From Bugula neritina (Eukaryota; Animalia; Bryozoa), in NCBI GenBank assembly GCA_964035545.1, contig OZ037766.1, forward strand, positions 13,196,722 through 13,260,721: a DNA stretch of 64,000 nt. The letters are read 5' to 3'. Each line of letters starts with the position of its first letter. Position 1 is the stretch's first letter. Below are positions 39,501 to 53,055 of the stretch, piece after piece. A model generated the notes under the pieces. The model was given only the letters and a program-made list of their open reading frames with translations, did no database searches and was not told the origin of the DNA. The position numbers and the translations under genes are program-made.

Positions 39501-40966
39501 AGATCTAACAGCTATCTCTAAAAAGATTATTGGTTTGTGTTTTATTGCTTTTTGCGTTCTATACACCAGATGTGCTAGTTCCTGTGATGAATTAGGTTCT
39601 GTCACTTTGAGCAAGTTTTTTGCAGTATCAAGCATGTAGAAGATGTCTTTGTTCTCAAACTAGATAGCAAACACAAATCATAAATTGTTTGTTTCCTTAA
39701 ATTAAGCAACTCAAACTTTGCATATGTGACAAAACCCCCAACCAACTTCAGCTTTACCATACTAATCAATTGGTTATCAGGTAAATATGCTGACTATATT
39801 ATCATATATTGATTGAATATATCTGGTTTGCTCAATATTTGTAGAGAGAAGCACCATCAGTGACTCTCTGTATCAGATGAATGGGTTCCTCTGTGATGTC
39901 ATGATATGTGATGATAGAAATGCTACAAAATATTACACTGATCTGCCAATCAAACATGTCATGGAGAGACCTGAGTTTAAAATTGCTCCACATGCTTTTG
40001 TCATACATCTATCTTATGGTTTTGACAAGTTAGTACTTAATTCAGAAACTAACTGTTTTGCAGTATCTCATAAAGCTGTTCGAGTGAATTCTGATATTTT
40101 ATAGTATAAAACAAAAAGCTGCTTTTAGCTTTCACACTTTGAATATACAATTCAAAAAAATTAAATGCAAGTTTATGGGATATTGTTTGTCTACAAATAA
40201 TTATGTTGTGAAGTTGCAGCTTGTCTGTCTTGTTGTAGGTTTGGTCAAACCAATAAGCCTGTAGACAATGTGCATGCCCCTGACTTCTCTAGTAACCGCT
40301 GTGCATCATTCCTACATCCTTACATTGAGTACTACAGCCAGGGAGTGTATGTTGATCAAACTGAGTTACATGAGTCTCTCATTGTGAGATATGATGATTG
40401 GTCAAATGCCAAGTTTCCACAATGGACTAGCTCTACTAACCATAATTATATCAAACATTATGTAAATGACAAGGTGAGAATTGTTCTCTCTTTGCCTCTA
40501 TTAACGTTGAAATTTTACTAAATAATAATTTGGAAAAAGTTCACAAACTAAACAATTTAATACAAAAAATATAACCTACTACCAGCTACTACGTTGCATT
40601 GTTGTGGATTCACATAAATTCTACAATTGCGTCCATTTTGTTTTTTTGTAGTTGAAATGGTCCAGTGAAGTATTCAACTTAGTGCCATTGCCTGAAGAAG
40701 TTGCTAAACAAATTTTCATTCCACTAAATAAAGAGGAGATGAGTCGTCTTCCCATTCTTTGGGAAAAATCTGAATGTAAACCTTCCCAAGAGCTCTTGCC
40801 TAAGAATCCAGAACTGGTGAGGGAGAGAAAACTAAGGCCCACTGCAACAGAAATAGTTGATTCTACAGAACCTCAACTAGAAGGATTGAAGTTAATCTCC
40901 CAGTCTCCAATTAATCACGATCTAATTCTGGAGGAAGAGCCTGGTTTAGTTACCACCAGACAATAA
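36594..40966 (+). CDS. FOXRED2: FOXRED2-like FAD/NAD(P)H-dependent oxidoreductase, copy 2 (7 coding exons, ~641 aa)
   Basis: Exons 36594-37098, 38014-38202, 38756-39007, 39287-39532, 39845-40028, 40239-40473 and 40652-40966. Exon lengths are identical to copy 1, with a few amino-acid differences. Confidence 0.88.
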
Positions 40967-43900
40967 TGGTAGACTCACATTTAATGCTCTGCAAGATAGT
41001 TATCAACAGCATGCATGTATTGTATATATCGTGTAGGTGGGAAGTCACTAGTTCAATTTTATTCTACAATAACTTATTTTTTGTACCTTCATGGTGCCAT
41101 TATTTATCAATAAGCTTTTTAAATAATTTTAATGATATTCTTATAACTGTTATCTAAAACATGTAGAATACCAGTGAATATGTAGTTTTCTAACAATATT
41201 ATTATCTATGTGCAATGTAAATGAGTATACAGTTAAGACATTACTACTGAGAAAGTTTACATGCCATTTAGTTGTTATGTAGCCTACTGTACTGTTTACA
41301 ATCTGTTCTCAGTTTAAAAAGTAAATTTTTTTGCAAAATCAAATTTGCTGGGCCATATATTATTTTGTGATCGTTTTAATCTGATAATATAATATAATGC
41401 ATAAAATATTATTTTATTGCATAGTATAAACATGTGATTAGATTCTGGAGCACCTAGCTGTGAAATACAATCCTTCTGTATTAAGAATTAAGCAATAATG
41501 GCTACAGCAGGATGCGTCATTCAAATCAAATGTTATTATGAGTTTGCCTTTAATATTAACGTATAAATAAGAACTTATAATATTGATTTTACAAACATAA
41601 GATGATGCAAAATTATGTGGGCTATTAGTAATGTACCAAAAATACAGTGTCATTTGACGAATCCAACTCTTCCAAACAATTGTAAGCTAATTTCAAGAAT
41701 ATTGTTAATGAAGGTTTTCTCAATTCCTCAACAAGTTGATCAAAAACAAAAAAATATATCTGAAATAAAAGTTATCAACTACACCTAAAATAGTAAATAT
41801 CAAATCTGATAATATGTTGCCACCCAGGCCAATGACGTATAACCAGGTGCCATAATGGATGCGTGCATGGTAACCCAAAGTCATGCAACTGGAAGTACAT
41901 GTTATAGCCAGTTCCTATATATGTAATAAAGCAGATTACTACATTACAATTACATCACATAATCCTCTAATTTCATGCTTCAGTTGACACTCTTCCTAGA
42001 TATTCTATAGCATTTGATATACAAGGAATCAAATAAAAAAATTCACAGGATAATTTTTCAAAATTATAACAAGATACAACATATGTAAAAGACCATAAAG
42101 CAGTTTTAATGTAAAGGTAATGACTATTTTCCAATCTATTCTATCAAACTAATGTCTTAATTATTCTCATTTAACTTCCTTTTCTAGCATGTTATTTTAT
42201 ACATTAGTTTTCAAAGAAATTAACTTAAAACTGCATGTGTTGGCTTCAATCATTGTACACATTAAGGTGAATACTGCATGATGCAACTGCTTTTATATTT
42301 TGACTGTATTTAAGAATTATTTAGTTATAATTAACATAATATACAACATGCAAAATATAATTTGTAAGAAGCAGCAATTGCATAGTCTGGATTACTTACT
42401 AAAGAATTTTATTTTTTTGTCTTTGTTTATCAGGCAATTACAATGACTTAATAAGCAAAAACATGTAAATTTGAAAATAATACCCTTTTTTTAGACTGTC
42501 ATTTACATTTGTCAAAATAGTTTCTGAAAACAATTAGTGTGAACAATTTATAGTTGGTCAGTTTGGCCTTGACGCACTCGATAACAACTAAACTTTATAA
42601 CTGCTGGCTTTCTTATGCCATCAGTCTTTTCATGAAACCCAAACACTTCATTTCCACTGGAAACAATTTACATTCTTCATGAAGTAAAAATACCAATAAT
42701 AAAGTAGCTTACTTTTTCTGCCTTTGTAGTTAATTTTCACTTTCACTTTGATCTTCAAACATTATTCCACTAAATGATTCCTATTCTTATAAACACAGAG
42801 GGTGAATATCTATTACAATAAAAATGTGTTTAAACCTATTTTAGATTTTATAGAGTTTGAAGTATGCAAGAAATCTTTATGGCAAAGCTTTTTGACATAC
42901 CGTACATGATTATTTTCCTAGTAACTAACCATAGCATAAACTACTTCAAAACTGCTTACAAGACTTTTATCTACTATATGACTGATAATGCTTTTATCAT
43001 TTTATTAAAGAATTATTTACAGAGCTGAAAAATAAAATTAATATAAACAAATGTTATATCTATGCAAGCACGCCCAATTTGCATAATGGACATTCCTAAT
43101 CCAGAAAAATTAGTAAATACCACCCTGGTAGAGGAAAGCGACGTGGTAACTAAGCAATCTGCAACTAAACCACAGTGTATTTGGTGTGTCTGCTATTCGC
43201 CCACTCATGGCACCTTAATTGACCACCTTTGGTAACTTGTATACGATAAAAATAGTTTCAGAAAGAATTATCACATAGAATAAACAAGGGTATAGATGTT
43301 AATTATAACACAATGTGTCTATATACGTATTAAGCTTTTTGTGTATATGGAAACATATTTATTTTTATATCTATGAAAATCATGTGAAAACGGTGCTCTT
43401 CAAACAATAGAGCCTTGCAAATCATAGAGCTTTGAAGATTTACTGCAACATCTAGTTTAGCTGTATTTGTATACACGTGCATCGTTGAAATTGCTGAAAA
43501 TTTAATTTCTCTTCCTCATTCATATATATCTACCAAAAATTATTTACCTGCACTTACACAATGTTGCATGGATTGTATTTTTTGTTAGTATACGTCAGCT
43601 TCTTTTTAACATTTCTGTAAGCTAAAATAATTTTAAAAAGCGAAATTAAAACACTTACTCTCTATGTTTTCATTTTAATTTCCTATAATAAAACATGATC
43701 TAATTTCAGGAAATTTATTATTATTTATTAGACAAGTTAGGCTTAAAACTCTGTTTATCAAAAGAGTAGACACTTCTGTTTAATCTAAATGTTTTATCAA
43801 TAATAACCTATCGAAAGCTTGATAAAATCAATACTCAATATAAATTCTGAATAAATTGTATACTGTTTAAATAGCTGCAAAGCCACATTATATAGCAGTT

Positions 43901-46410
43901 AACTCTTTTTTAGGTAAGTTCAACATATTTATGATTTTTGTATAAAAATACATAAACTAATATTATTCATTCATGGAGATTTGTGTGTGAGAGAGAGAGT
44001 GTGTGTGTGCCTGTGTGTGATAAATTTACCATTGCCAAATAAAATATATCAGTTCACATATTTGAATTTTAAACTAAGCAGTTCAAAAAAAGCTTTAAGC
44101 TATAAAATTTCCAAAAGTGTTTTAGTGGCACTACATACATGTAGAGAAAACTGCTTTGAAGTATCATAGATATAAGCTGCAGGATATTTTTCTACTCAAT
44201 TGTTACTTTGATCTACATAACCCATTAGCAGCTTCTAAAAAACTTAAACTCATAAATTCTAAATTTGTTGGCCAAAGATTGGTTTTCTATAAACAGTAAC
44301 TTTGCTACTTTCTTACAGAATCAGATGTTGGTTTTCTTACGTATATTATACATCATCTTATTAGGAGGCAATATTATATAACCTCTACAAACAATGCATA
44401 CGTAATAAGGTAGAAGATAAAGCTCCCCAAACAATGTAGCCTTGATAAAGTAGGAAGTAAAGTCTATTGTCAATCTTAACAGGAAAACAATCTGACTTGT
44501 CATCTGCAGGTTCCCCCTAAATCCATGTGACTGGTAACATTGTTTTGTAATCATTCAGTAGCTTTTTTGGAAGTTGACTTAAAAATTATCGATCATGACA
44601 TGAACTGAGTGCCTATAAATATGGGCATTTCTTTGATTAACAACCATTCATCGTAAGTAATTACTTTCACTTCAGAAAGTTGTGATAAATGCCAACAAAA
44701 GATCATAATTTGTATCAATATTTAACAATTTATAAATAAACAAATGAGAAAAATAATATTATTAAATTTAGTTGCAACTGAGCTGAAATCACAACTTTTT
44801 ATTAAAGATATTTTGTAACGCAGACCTATTAGCATTTATATAAAGAGTTATTTGAACAATTCTTTTATGTACGTAACTTTTTAGCTCACTGCAGCAGTAA
44901 ATAATATTCATTGATCTTTTTCTTTTTTTGTACAAAATACACTATTTTTTGTGGATATGTACTTTTGTATATTTTGAATGTTAGTATACTACAATCCTAA
45001 TCATCAACTACCAGTATTTTATTATTATACATGATATAAAAGGTACTGGCAAAATATAGCGTCTAAAACAAAGGGATTGTACTAATGCACACAAAAATAT
45101 TACTTTAGCTATTGCATAAAAACCAACATTGGGAGAGAAAGCAACAACTAACAAAATGCTTTGCATATGCCACCCTCAACCTTAACCAATATTAACACCT
45201 GCCATACATAATGGTAAATAATTTACCTCAACAATTACACAGCAAGTCTACCTTCTCTAGCCATTAATTATAATTATAAAAAGTATACTTCCATAAAGAA
45301 AAAAACCTAGCCATTGTTTATCAGATGAAAAATAATCATGATAGAAAGTTTCACCCTCTAGAAAAGGGACTATCAACACAAACTAACAGGTACTGAAACA
45401 GTCACACAAAACAAAGCACCAAGCTAAAAGCAAAAAGTGAGGAAGCCTTATACAAACTACATTAAAATGAGCATGGGGAAATTCTTTTTACTGTTAGTAA
45501 AATTTACTTTTACAGCTCTTGTAAGCTACAGTTTTCAAAAACCTATTTGAGTCAAAGTGTTAGCAACCACCACATCATTCACAATGCTATACAAGTACAG
45601 AAGTAATGCAATTCTTCTTAATACTGCATCACACATATTACATTTACAGATACAACATAAATTAATAAGTAAATCCAATCTCTGAAAGCTCAAAACAGGG
45701 AACTGGCAAATGTAAAGTAAAGTATGCTTTTATGTATTATAAATTTTATCTTTCAAATGTTATGTTTTAATTAATGTTATATTATAATAGTCTATATTAG
45801 TGCAAATTGTAACTATATAATTATAATTGTTTTTATTATCAAACTAAGTGTAAAGTATTTATATAAGTTTTATGTAGTCAGTATAATGAATTATAAGCAA
45901 ATATTTCTTTAACGTGAAAATATAGGAATTTAATCTTATAAAATATAGAATTTGCATACTATTTTTTTCTATCTAGCTGACTGTGATAAACACTGTTTAT
46001 AGCAATAAAAATATTTCTATTACAATTAATACAGTTATTATTAAAAGTAAAATAAAAACAGAAAAGGCTTTAAAATAGGAAATATGCAAAAGACAATGCT
46101 CATGTATTTCTATATCAAACTCTATATGTTAAGTATTGTAAACATTATATTCAAATATAATCCATTTTTTAAAAATAAACAGTGTAATTAGTTTATAGAA
46201 AAAGCTTAAGAATATTTGCAGTAATTATAACAACATGTCCTGATAAAGTTTATTTTATTTTGTTTAACTAAATTTAGATAATTATGAAGTGTTGGTTTGA
46301 CACTATGATGCCACAGTATAATCCACACAAATAGTAGTATCATCAGGCGCATACAATATTTATAGTTTAGAACTTTAGCTTAGTAGCAGTGTATCACAAT
46401 TATCATCAAC

Positions 46411-49400
46411 TTAGCCTTGGATCTTTGGTAGACTGGGATCTTTTGTAGGCCCTTCAAAAAACTTTCTGTTACCAGAAGCTTTACTAGAACCAGCATCATT
46501 CACATAGTCGGAAATAGCTGAGTTAGGCAACTAAAATATAAGTAATATATTATCACTGCTGCTCACAAAATTTACTCATATTATTAAAATTTGTTTTTAG
46601 GAAGCAGCCGTGGTCTAGGGCCAGCTGGAGTGTTGCTTAGTAAGCACAAAGTTATGGGTTCGAGCCTGACAAAGGCCATTGGTGATGTTAGGAAGAGCGT
46701 GCAGTCATATCCGCTCCTGTGCCCCATCTGAATAAGTCCTTAGCCGGATTTAACACAAAACTCTTTCCATCAGGCGTTTTTCCACAAGGATAGTAACTAT
46801 AAGCTTTCGTGAGTTTTTATTGCAACTCGTTTTTATTATCAAAAGTTTTTAAAATAAATATTAAGTTAGCTCGACATAATAAAATATCCCTTTAAGTGAG
46901 ATTTTTGAACATTTATAAACACACTTCAATCACTTAGAGATAGTCAAAGCAAACTTGGTATCATTTAAAGTTTATAATTACATAAGCAGGCATTTTAATT
47001 CTATAGAAACATTTAGTTCAAAAATGCCTATTAAAGCATTTCCTTTCCCAATATTTGCTTTTTAATGTTGATAGATGGCATTACTTTGATATTTCAATCT
47101 TTGCACATTTATAAATTCTAAACTGCCAACACTAATACTATTTTTAGCTTTAAAGAGTTGCAACTAAATGTTCCCAACTAAAAATATTAACTCTTACAAA
47201 TAGGTTTTATTACCTACCATAATAAGTTGCTTATATTTAGGATGGTGATGATCTATTACAGGGTCATTATTCTTAGTGTTGTAAGCTATCAGATATGCCC
47301 ATCTTCTTCTATCACTATGATTCTGATCACTTCTGTAACCATACACCAGCAAAATGACAGCTGTTAAGAAAACATATTAAAGTATAAATACATAACAAAC
47401 ATAAATTTTTTATGAAGCCTTTATAGATAGAAAAACCAAAATGCATAAAAATTATGAATTAAAATTTAACTAGATAAGCATATTATTATTAGAACTTTCA
47501 TGTGAAGAATTTGTTTATTTGCTCAAGGTAGATATAATGTTGCTATAGGTATATCTTGTGCCTGCATGTGTGAAATAGCTGATCAATTTGAATTGACTTT
47601 CAGTGGAGCTGGAGTATTGAGCATTGAGAGTATAACTCCTTATATTACAGATATATGTAGTATTTATACAGTAAATTAGTAAACTAGTTTTTATTCCAAA
47701 ACAGGAACCTCTCCCTGCTTGTGATAATTAGTTTAATGGGAATTTTCAAAAATATATTAAATATTAATTGTTTTTAATACTTTGGGAGTATTTCTATCAG
47801 ATTATTTGTTTTTCTATAGCTTATGCAAAATTCTGCAAAGAAATTGAATTTTTTTAATATTGAAACATAGTTATTTAAAGATTATATCTCTTAATAGCAA
47901 AATAGCATTGTGTAATTTGCAAACATGATAACTCCTAAAATTAAAACATATTTCTTCGTCAAGAACATAACTCCTTATACTTGCCTATGTAAGATATTAG
48001 AATGAAAGAATAGTGCATCCCCTGCATTCATCTCAACATGACACAATCCTAACTTTTGCTGAAGGTACGAAACTCTGTCTTTATCCGCTCCTGCTTGATC
48101 TCCAATCCTTACATGGTCTATCCGGCCAGCTTTGTGAGACTTTGGTATGACCTGTTACAACTCTAGGCACTTTATTAAACCTGAGGAACTATCTATAAAT
48201 AGTCCCTGCATGGCTAAGGAACTAGTGGATGCAATTAGCTCACTATACTGTAAGCTATGATACGATTGGGAGTTTGCCAACAAAAATATCAAACAAGTAT
48301 AAAAGTAAGTAAGTAAAAACTAGAAGGTATTGACAAAAAAAGCAGCAGTAGTGTGATAGAATGACACAGCTAACCTAGATGACCTAGATTAGATCTTTTT
48401 TAATATATAATAAATTAGTTTGGTTACAATTATTAAACAATGCCAGTAGTTTGGGATGCATGATTGTACTAGTATTTGTAGGTCATGACCTGTAAAGTAA
48501 AATTTTCATTTTTTACAAAGCTTTTACAGGGCTGTAGTGACAGTAAAAGGTTAAAGGTTGTGTGAATGTTTTGTAAATAATTCACCAGTCATTGTAAATA
48601 GAAACAGTAACTTGTAACAATTGCTATGTACTTGCAGAGTTAGAACTTAGAATTATAACATGCTGTCAAATGTAGCTTATAAAACTGGTGACTCAATAAA
48701 AAGATAAAAAAGAACTTTACCTTCAGACAGCCGTTGCCTTGATCTGTATCATCTATAGGTATGAACACAGTTCCCATGTCAGGAAACAGGCAGCCATTTT
48801 TATACCAATATCTATAAAACCCAAACCAAAAGCATTAGGAAAAACTAGTCATAAGAGCCAAACTAAAATATATTAATGAAATATTATTCTGTTGTTAGGA
48901 ATCCCAAAGCCATTGTGGTGTAATTGGCTAGCGCGCCTGCTTGCAAGGTCTGCGGTTCAAATCTCGGTGGGGGTACTTATTCGACATATTCTAACAACCA
49001 TCAACATTATAGGCATAACTGGTATCAAAATGACACACATGCTTGATCTGGAAACATTAAGTATCTCATGAATTTTTATAGCACTTATAAAAATGCTTAG
49101 CCGCCAATAATTCAAATTATAAAATACTGTTACCCATAATCTTGATGCCAGGTATGTGCGCCTCCAGTTTTAGCATCTTTCATAATCACTTTGGCATGAT
49201 AGTGATAAACCTCATCCTTCAGTAACTGTACATTAATAATTGCAATGACAAAAATATATCTTAAAATCCTCAACTGTATAGAAAATACAGTACTAGCATA
49301 AGTAAATATCATATATTTTCAATGAGCAAAGGAAGAAACAGAAAGTAAGAGCAATATATTATACGGCTTAAATTTTTTACCAAACCTTTTGAAAAGTTCC

Positions 49401-49998
49401 AGCAACTTTGTAGGAGCGAGCTATAGCACCTGTGATGTCATCAGATGGGTCATCCCATATTACAGTCCTCGAACGACCCCCTTCACCTGCATAAGTTGTG
49501 ATACTTAGATCTAAGTACACGTATCCAGAGAGTACAATTGTGTAAAGTAATGTCATAAAAACAATTTAATGCCATTTTCTTAGTAGCAACAAACCATCAT
49601 TTCTTCTGTATGAAGCTTCTTGCAAAGTCAAATCATTTTCAATAGTTTGTTTCAAAGAAGAAATTTCTCGTTCACCCAATAGCTTTCTATAACAAGAAAA
49701 ATATGTGTAAATGCATTAGTGAAGTACAAAGAGAGGTGACCTATACCAGTAAATCGTAATATCCTGTAAAATATGATGAGAAAACAATTAGAGCCTAAAA
49801 GTTTTAAATTGAATTACCTAACATTAAAATTATGAAAAAAGAACTTACTGTAAACACTTAATGCAATTTCATCTGTGACGAAAGCATGTGGATGACTTAC
49901 CGTACTAAGATACACCCAAACTCTTCAAAGCTAGAAAGCACTTGATCTGTTACGATGAAGTTGCCTTCTGCATCACAGCTATACTCCGGTACTGCCAT
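46411..49998 (-). CDS. PhyH-family Fe(II)/2-oxoglutarate dioxygenase (L-proline trans-4-hydroxylase/ectoine hydroxylase-like), copy A, 8 exons, ~291 aa
   Basis: Exons 49998-49901, 49686-49595, 49486-49386, 49225-49134, 48811-48721, 48151-47985, 47332-47218 and 46530-46411 (876 nt). Motifs WHQDYGYW, NGCLKVIPKSH and [23 protein letters not shown]. Confidence 0.88.
46604..46830 (+). mobile_element. tRNA-derived SINE-like insertion in the last intron of dioxygenase A
   Basis: A-box-like TGGTCTAGGGC (46611), B-box GGTTCGAGCC (46657), a GC-richer body (GATGTTAGGAAGAGCGTGCAG) resembling invertebrate SINE cores, and a T-rich end; boundaries approximate. Confidence 0.55.
48891..48998 (+). mobile_element. 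Short tRNA-derived element (Pol III A/B boxes) enclosed by inverted repeats
   Basis: A-box TGGTGTAATTGG (48916) and B-box GGTTCAAATC (48954); flanks GTTGTTAGGAAT...ATTCTAACAAC; no counterpart in the paralogous intron. Confidence 0.45.
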
Positions 49999-51258
49999 TT
50001 ATTTACAAGTCGCTAAAATTTGAGCTTTGGAAAAATTTCTCCTAATAAAAGTGGCGTGGTGAAAAATTACAATTGAAGTTTAAATTAAACAATTGAACTT
50101 CATACTACTCTGTTCAATATTAATTCAACATTTAATGCCAATATAATTATAAAACGATATAAATATTACTTTTATCATAATTTAGTTTTGACGTTTTGGT
50201 ATTGATAAGCAAGCAATTTGAATTGCCAAAATAGTATTGGCTGTAAAAATTGATTGAATCAACAATAAAACAAAATATATAAAAAGTTTGACAATTAACA
50301 CAAAAGGCTTGACTAGTTATTGCATAAATCCACCCATATAATATGCTGCATATACTTGATAAGTAATACAATATGCTTAATATAAAAGAGCTGATGAGTA
50401 CAATATCAATTTTGAATACGCATAATATAACTATAATAATATTATAATGATTATATATATTTTACCCAGCTTATCCCAGTTTTGACAATGTGTAATCTGA
50501 ACAAACATGTAGTGCTCTTACTGCTGATGTTATTGTAATGCAGGGTCTACGAGCTGTAATACATGAATTATTTACATCTGTTTTGATTGGATGCTATAAA
50601 TTGATGCGCAGCATTTTTAGAGGAACCTGGGTTTCAATTGATAATGCAGCTATACTGCTTTTGCTCACAAATTTAAGTCACTGTTACCAGAACAATTATT
50701 TGACCATTCAAGTTTAGCTTGAAAACTGTATGATTTATTTAATGTAGCATTGCTAGAATAATAGCCATTATGCACTCATAACTTATGTATTATATACTAA
50801 TTTATGTTATATAGGCTATTACCGTAAAATGGGGTAACTTTGGCCGTTTTGAGACACTTTTTTAGTGTCATATGAACAGACACCAATATACTTTGAAATT
50901 TTTGGTTGCTAAATGAAGCTTATTAACATATGCACTGAATAAAAAAACAATTTGCAATTTGGGACTGCTAGGTCTCCTGTGGTATTAAAAAGAGTAGGTG
51001 GCCAAAGTTATCCTAATTTTGGGGTTACTTTGGCCGCTATTGTCATTTTATATGTGGGTAGCATTAGCAGTACTTGGGGTGGCTTCAGCCAACTAAAAAT
51101 CAAAAAACAGCATTATTTAACTTTACTTTCACCAAATGAATATATTTTAGACACACTGAAAACTGTAAAGTACAATTATTTTATTGAAACCACAACTATG
51201 AGAGGTACACTGTAATAAATGGTAAAAAAGTTTTTATATGTATAAAATATTGAGTAAA

Positions 51259-53055
51259 TCACTGTACAAACATCCCACTGAATGTCATGTGAAAGTCAAA
51301 TATGCCTCTGCGAATTGTGGGCTGTGGCAGCTTTAATAAAATCATATTATTGGTAATTGTGTCTACATCCAGAATGTGCGGAAATGTAAATTTCCCCTGG
51401 GATGTCTTCCTCAGATACATCATAGAGTAAGAGCCTTCTTTAACTTCTTCTACTTTTCCTACATAATTTTTTGTGGACTTGGCTAGCTTGTAGGTTACTA
51501 GTAAATAATCTCCTTCTTTTGGGTCATCCATATCAACACCTGAAATCAACTGCTCAGGACATCCTTCAGCATCATCTGAATCTGAGCTCGACTCCCATCC
51601 TGACACTTCTGAGTTGCTGTCACTGGAAAAATGTTGTGCTCTTTTGTTAGATGATTGAGTTGCTGATACATTTGGGTGGGCATTGTAGTTGATAGGTCTA
51701 GAGTCAATTTCTAAGGATAGTTCAGCTGCACCAATGCTTTTCCCTGACTCTACAGACAGCTTCTTTCGTTTGGTCTTTTGTTGGCAGCCCTTTTCACCAT
51801 ACCTTAAGTTTTCCAGATGATCGATGAAAATTTTTCCAACACTGGATTGAACTTCGTTCAAATTCTCTTCAACACTAGGGAAACGGGAAATGACCACATT
51901 GGGATTAAACGGTGCTATTCCAGTTTTTCTAAAGCCAGATATTACGTTTGACTCACAATTGATTTGAATGGATTCTAATAACAGCTTGAGAAGAGACGGA
52001 AATTTTTCTTTTGTCACCGTCGCATTCCTTCTCCCACCACTTGTCTTCCATTCCGAAAGAATATGTCTCCATTTCATCTTCAAAGGCCTGAAAAATGCTA
52101 CATCGAGTGGCTGACATATATGTGTGGAATTTGGTGGAATGCACACAAACTTGATTTGGTGCTGTTGGCATAAGTTTAGCACATCTTGGTTGAAATGTGA
52201 GCTTAAGTTGTCTCCAATCAAAACTGTTTCCCCTTCTTTCTTTTTCAAATATGGCAATGCGATGCTCCGAAACCAATCCTCAAAACATGGTGCATCAAAC
52301 CAGCCGGATTTGGTGCGGTTATAGCGAGTGTCAGATGGACCCCCAAATGTCCACGAGTCCCACATGTGTTCGGCCTTATACACCACATATGTAGGTAGCA
52401 GCTCACCTGTTGCTGAGCCTGCAAACATTATGCTTGTTGCACTCTTGCTACTTTGCATTGCTCTTTCTGGGTATTTTGAGCCTCTCTGAAATATACATTT
52501 TTTTCTTCCTGGGTCATCTGAAAGATTTGTCTCATCATAATTGATGATGTTGCAGGGAGGTATATCTTTAAGAGTTGTCTCGAGATTTTTGAAATAATTC
52601 CTAATGGCTTTGGGATCAACCATTGCCCGTTTCGGTGCTATGTTTTGGCACAATCTGTGAGACAAGCGATCGCTATGTCTTGTCATAAAACTTCGGCCCC
52701 AGTCAAGTCCAGGGTAATTGCTTTTAAATTGTTTTACACTTCTCCCACGCTTGTCAAGATAGACCTTGACTATCATTCGAAGATCTGTTTTGTCTAATGG
52801 AAATCCCCATTGAGCTAACTTTGTAATATGGTCAACAATGGCTAACTCCTCTACTTGTGTTAACACTGTTTGACGCCCGGGCTTTAGTTTGTGTTTTCCT
52901 GCGGCTCTGTTTTGTAGTGTTCCTCTAGAAACATTATATTTTTTAGCCACTTCCCGTTGAGACTTTCCAGCAGCCAATTCTTTTAAAGCAAGACCAATAG
53001 TTTCCTCAGATACACCATATCTTTGAGATGCTTTTTTCTGATATTTTCTAGGCAT
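51259..53055 (-). CDS. pogo-type transposase (HTH_psq + CENP-B HTH + DDE_1), intact 598 aa
   Basis: NYDETN, LIGDNLSSH and QPLDV with 35 residues between the second and third Asp; N-terminal HTH (SQREVAKKYNVSRGTL). Confidence 0.95.
   Translation of the reverse strand: MPRKYQKKASQRYGVSEETIGLALKELAAGKSQREVAKKYNVSRGTLQNRAAGKHKLKPGRQTVLTQVEELAIVDHITKLAQWGFPLDKTDLRMIVKVYLDKRGRSVKQFKSNYPGLDWGRSFMTRHSDRLSHRLCQNIAPKRAMVDPKAIRNYFKNLETTLKDIPPCNIINYDETNLSDDPGRKKCIFQRGSKYPERAMQSSKSATSIMFAGSATGELLPTYVVYKAEHMWDSWTFGGPSDTRYNRTKSGWFDAPCFEDWFRSIALPYLKKKEGETVLIGDNLSSHFNQDVLNLCQQHQIKFVCIPPNSTHICQPLDVAFFRPLKMKWRHILSEWKTSGGRRNATVTKEKFPSLLKLLLESIQINCESNVISGFRKTGIAPFNPNVVISRFPSVEENLNEVQSSVGKIFIDHLENLRYGEKGCQQKTKRKKLSVESGKSIGAAELSLEIDSRPINYNAHPNVSATQSSNKRAQHFSSDSNSEVSGWESSSDSDDAEGCPEQLISGVDMDDPKEGDYLLVTYKLAKSTKNYVGKVEEVKEGSYSMMYLRKTSQGKFTFPHILDVDTITNNMILLKLPQPTIRRGIFDFHMTFSGMFVQ

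Larger units (their letters stand above)
23364..43236. repeat. Right arm of ~40-kb inverted segmental duplication
   Basis: Reverse complement of 3250-21457 with arm-specific blocks (e.g. ~25300-26400, ~33000-34150). Confidence 0.92.

Noticed and set aside
48909-48977. Functional tRNA gene
   Set aside because: Acceptor and anticodon stems do not pair properly; treated as a tRNA-derived repeat.
49134-49225. Dioxygenases as Fe/2OG halogenases
   Set aside because: Both keep the HQD carboxylate ligand; halogenases of this fold have HxG/A.
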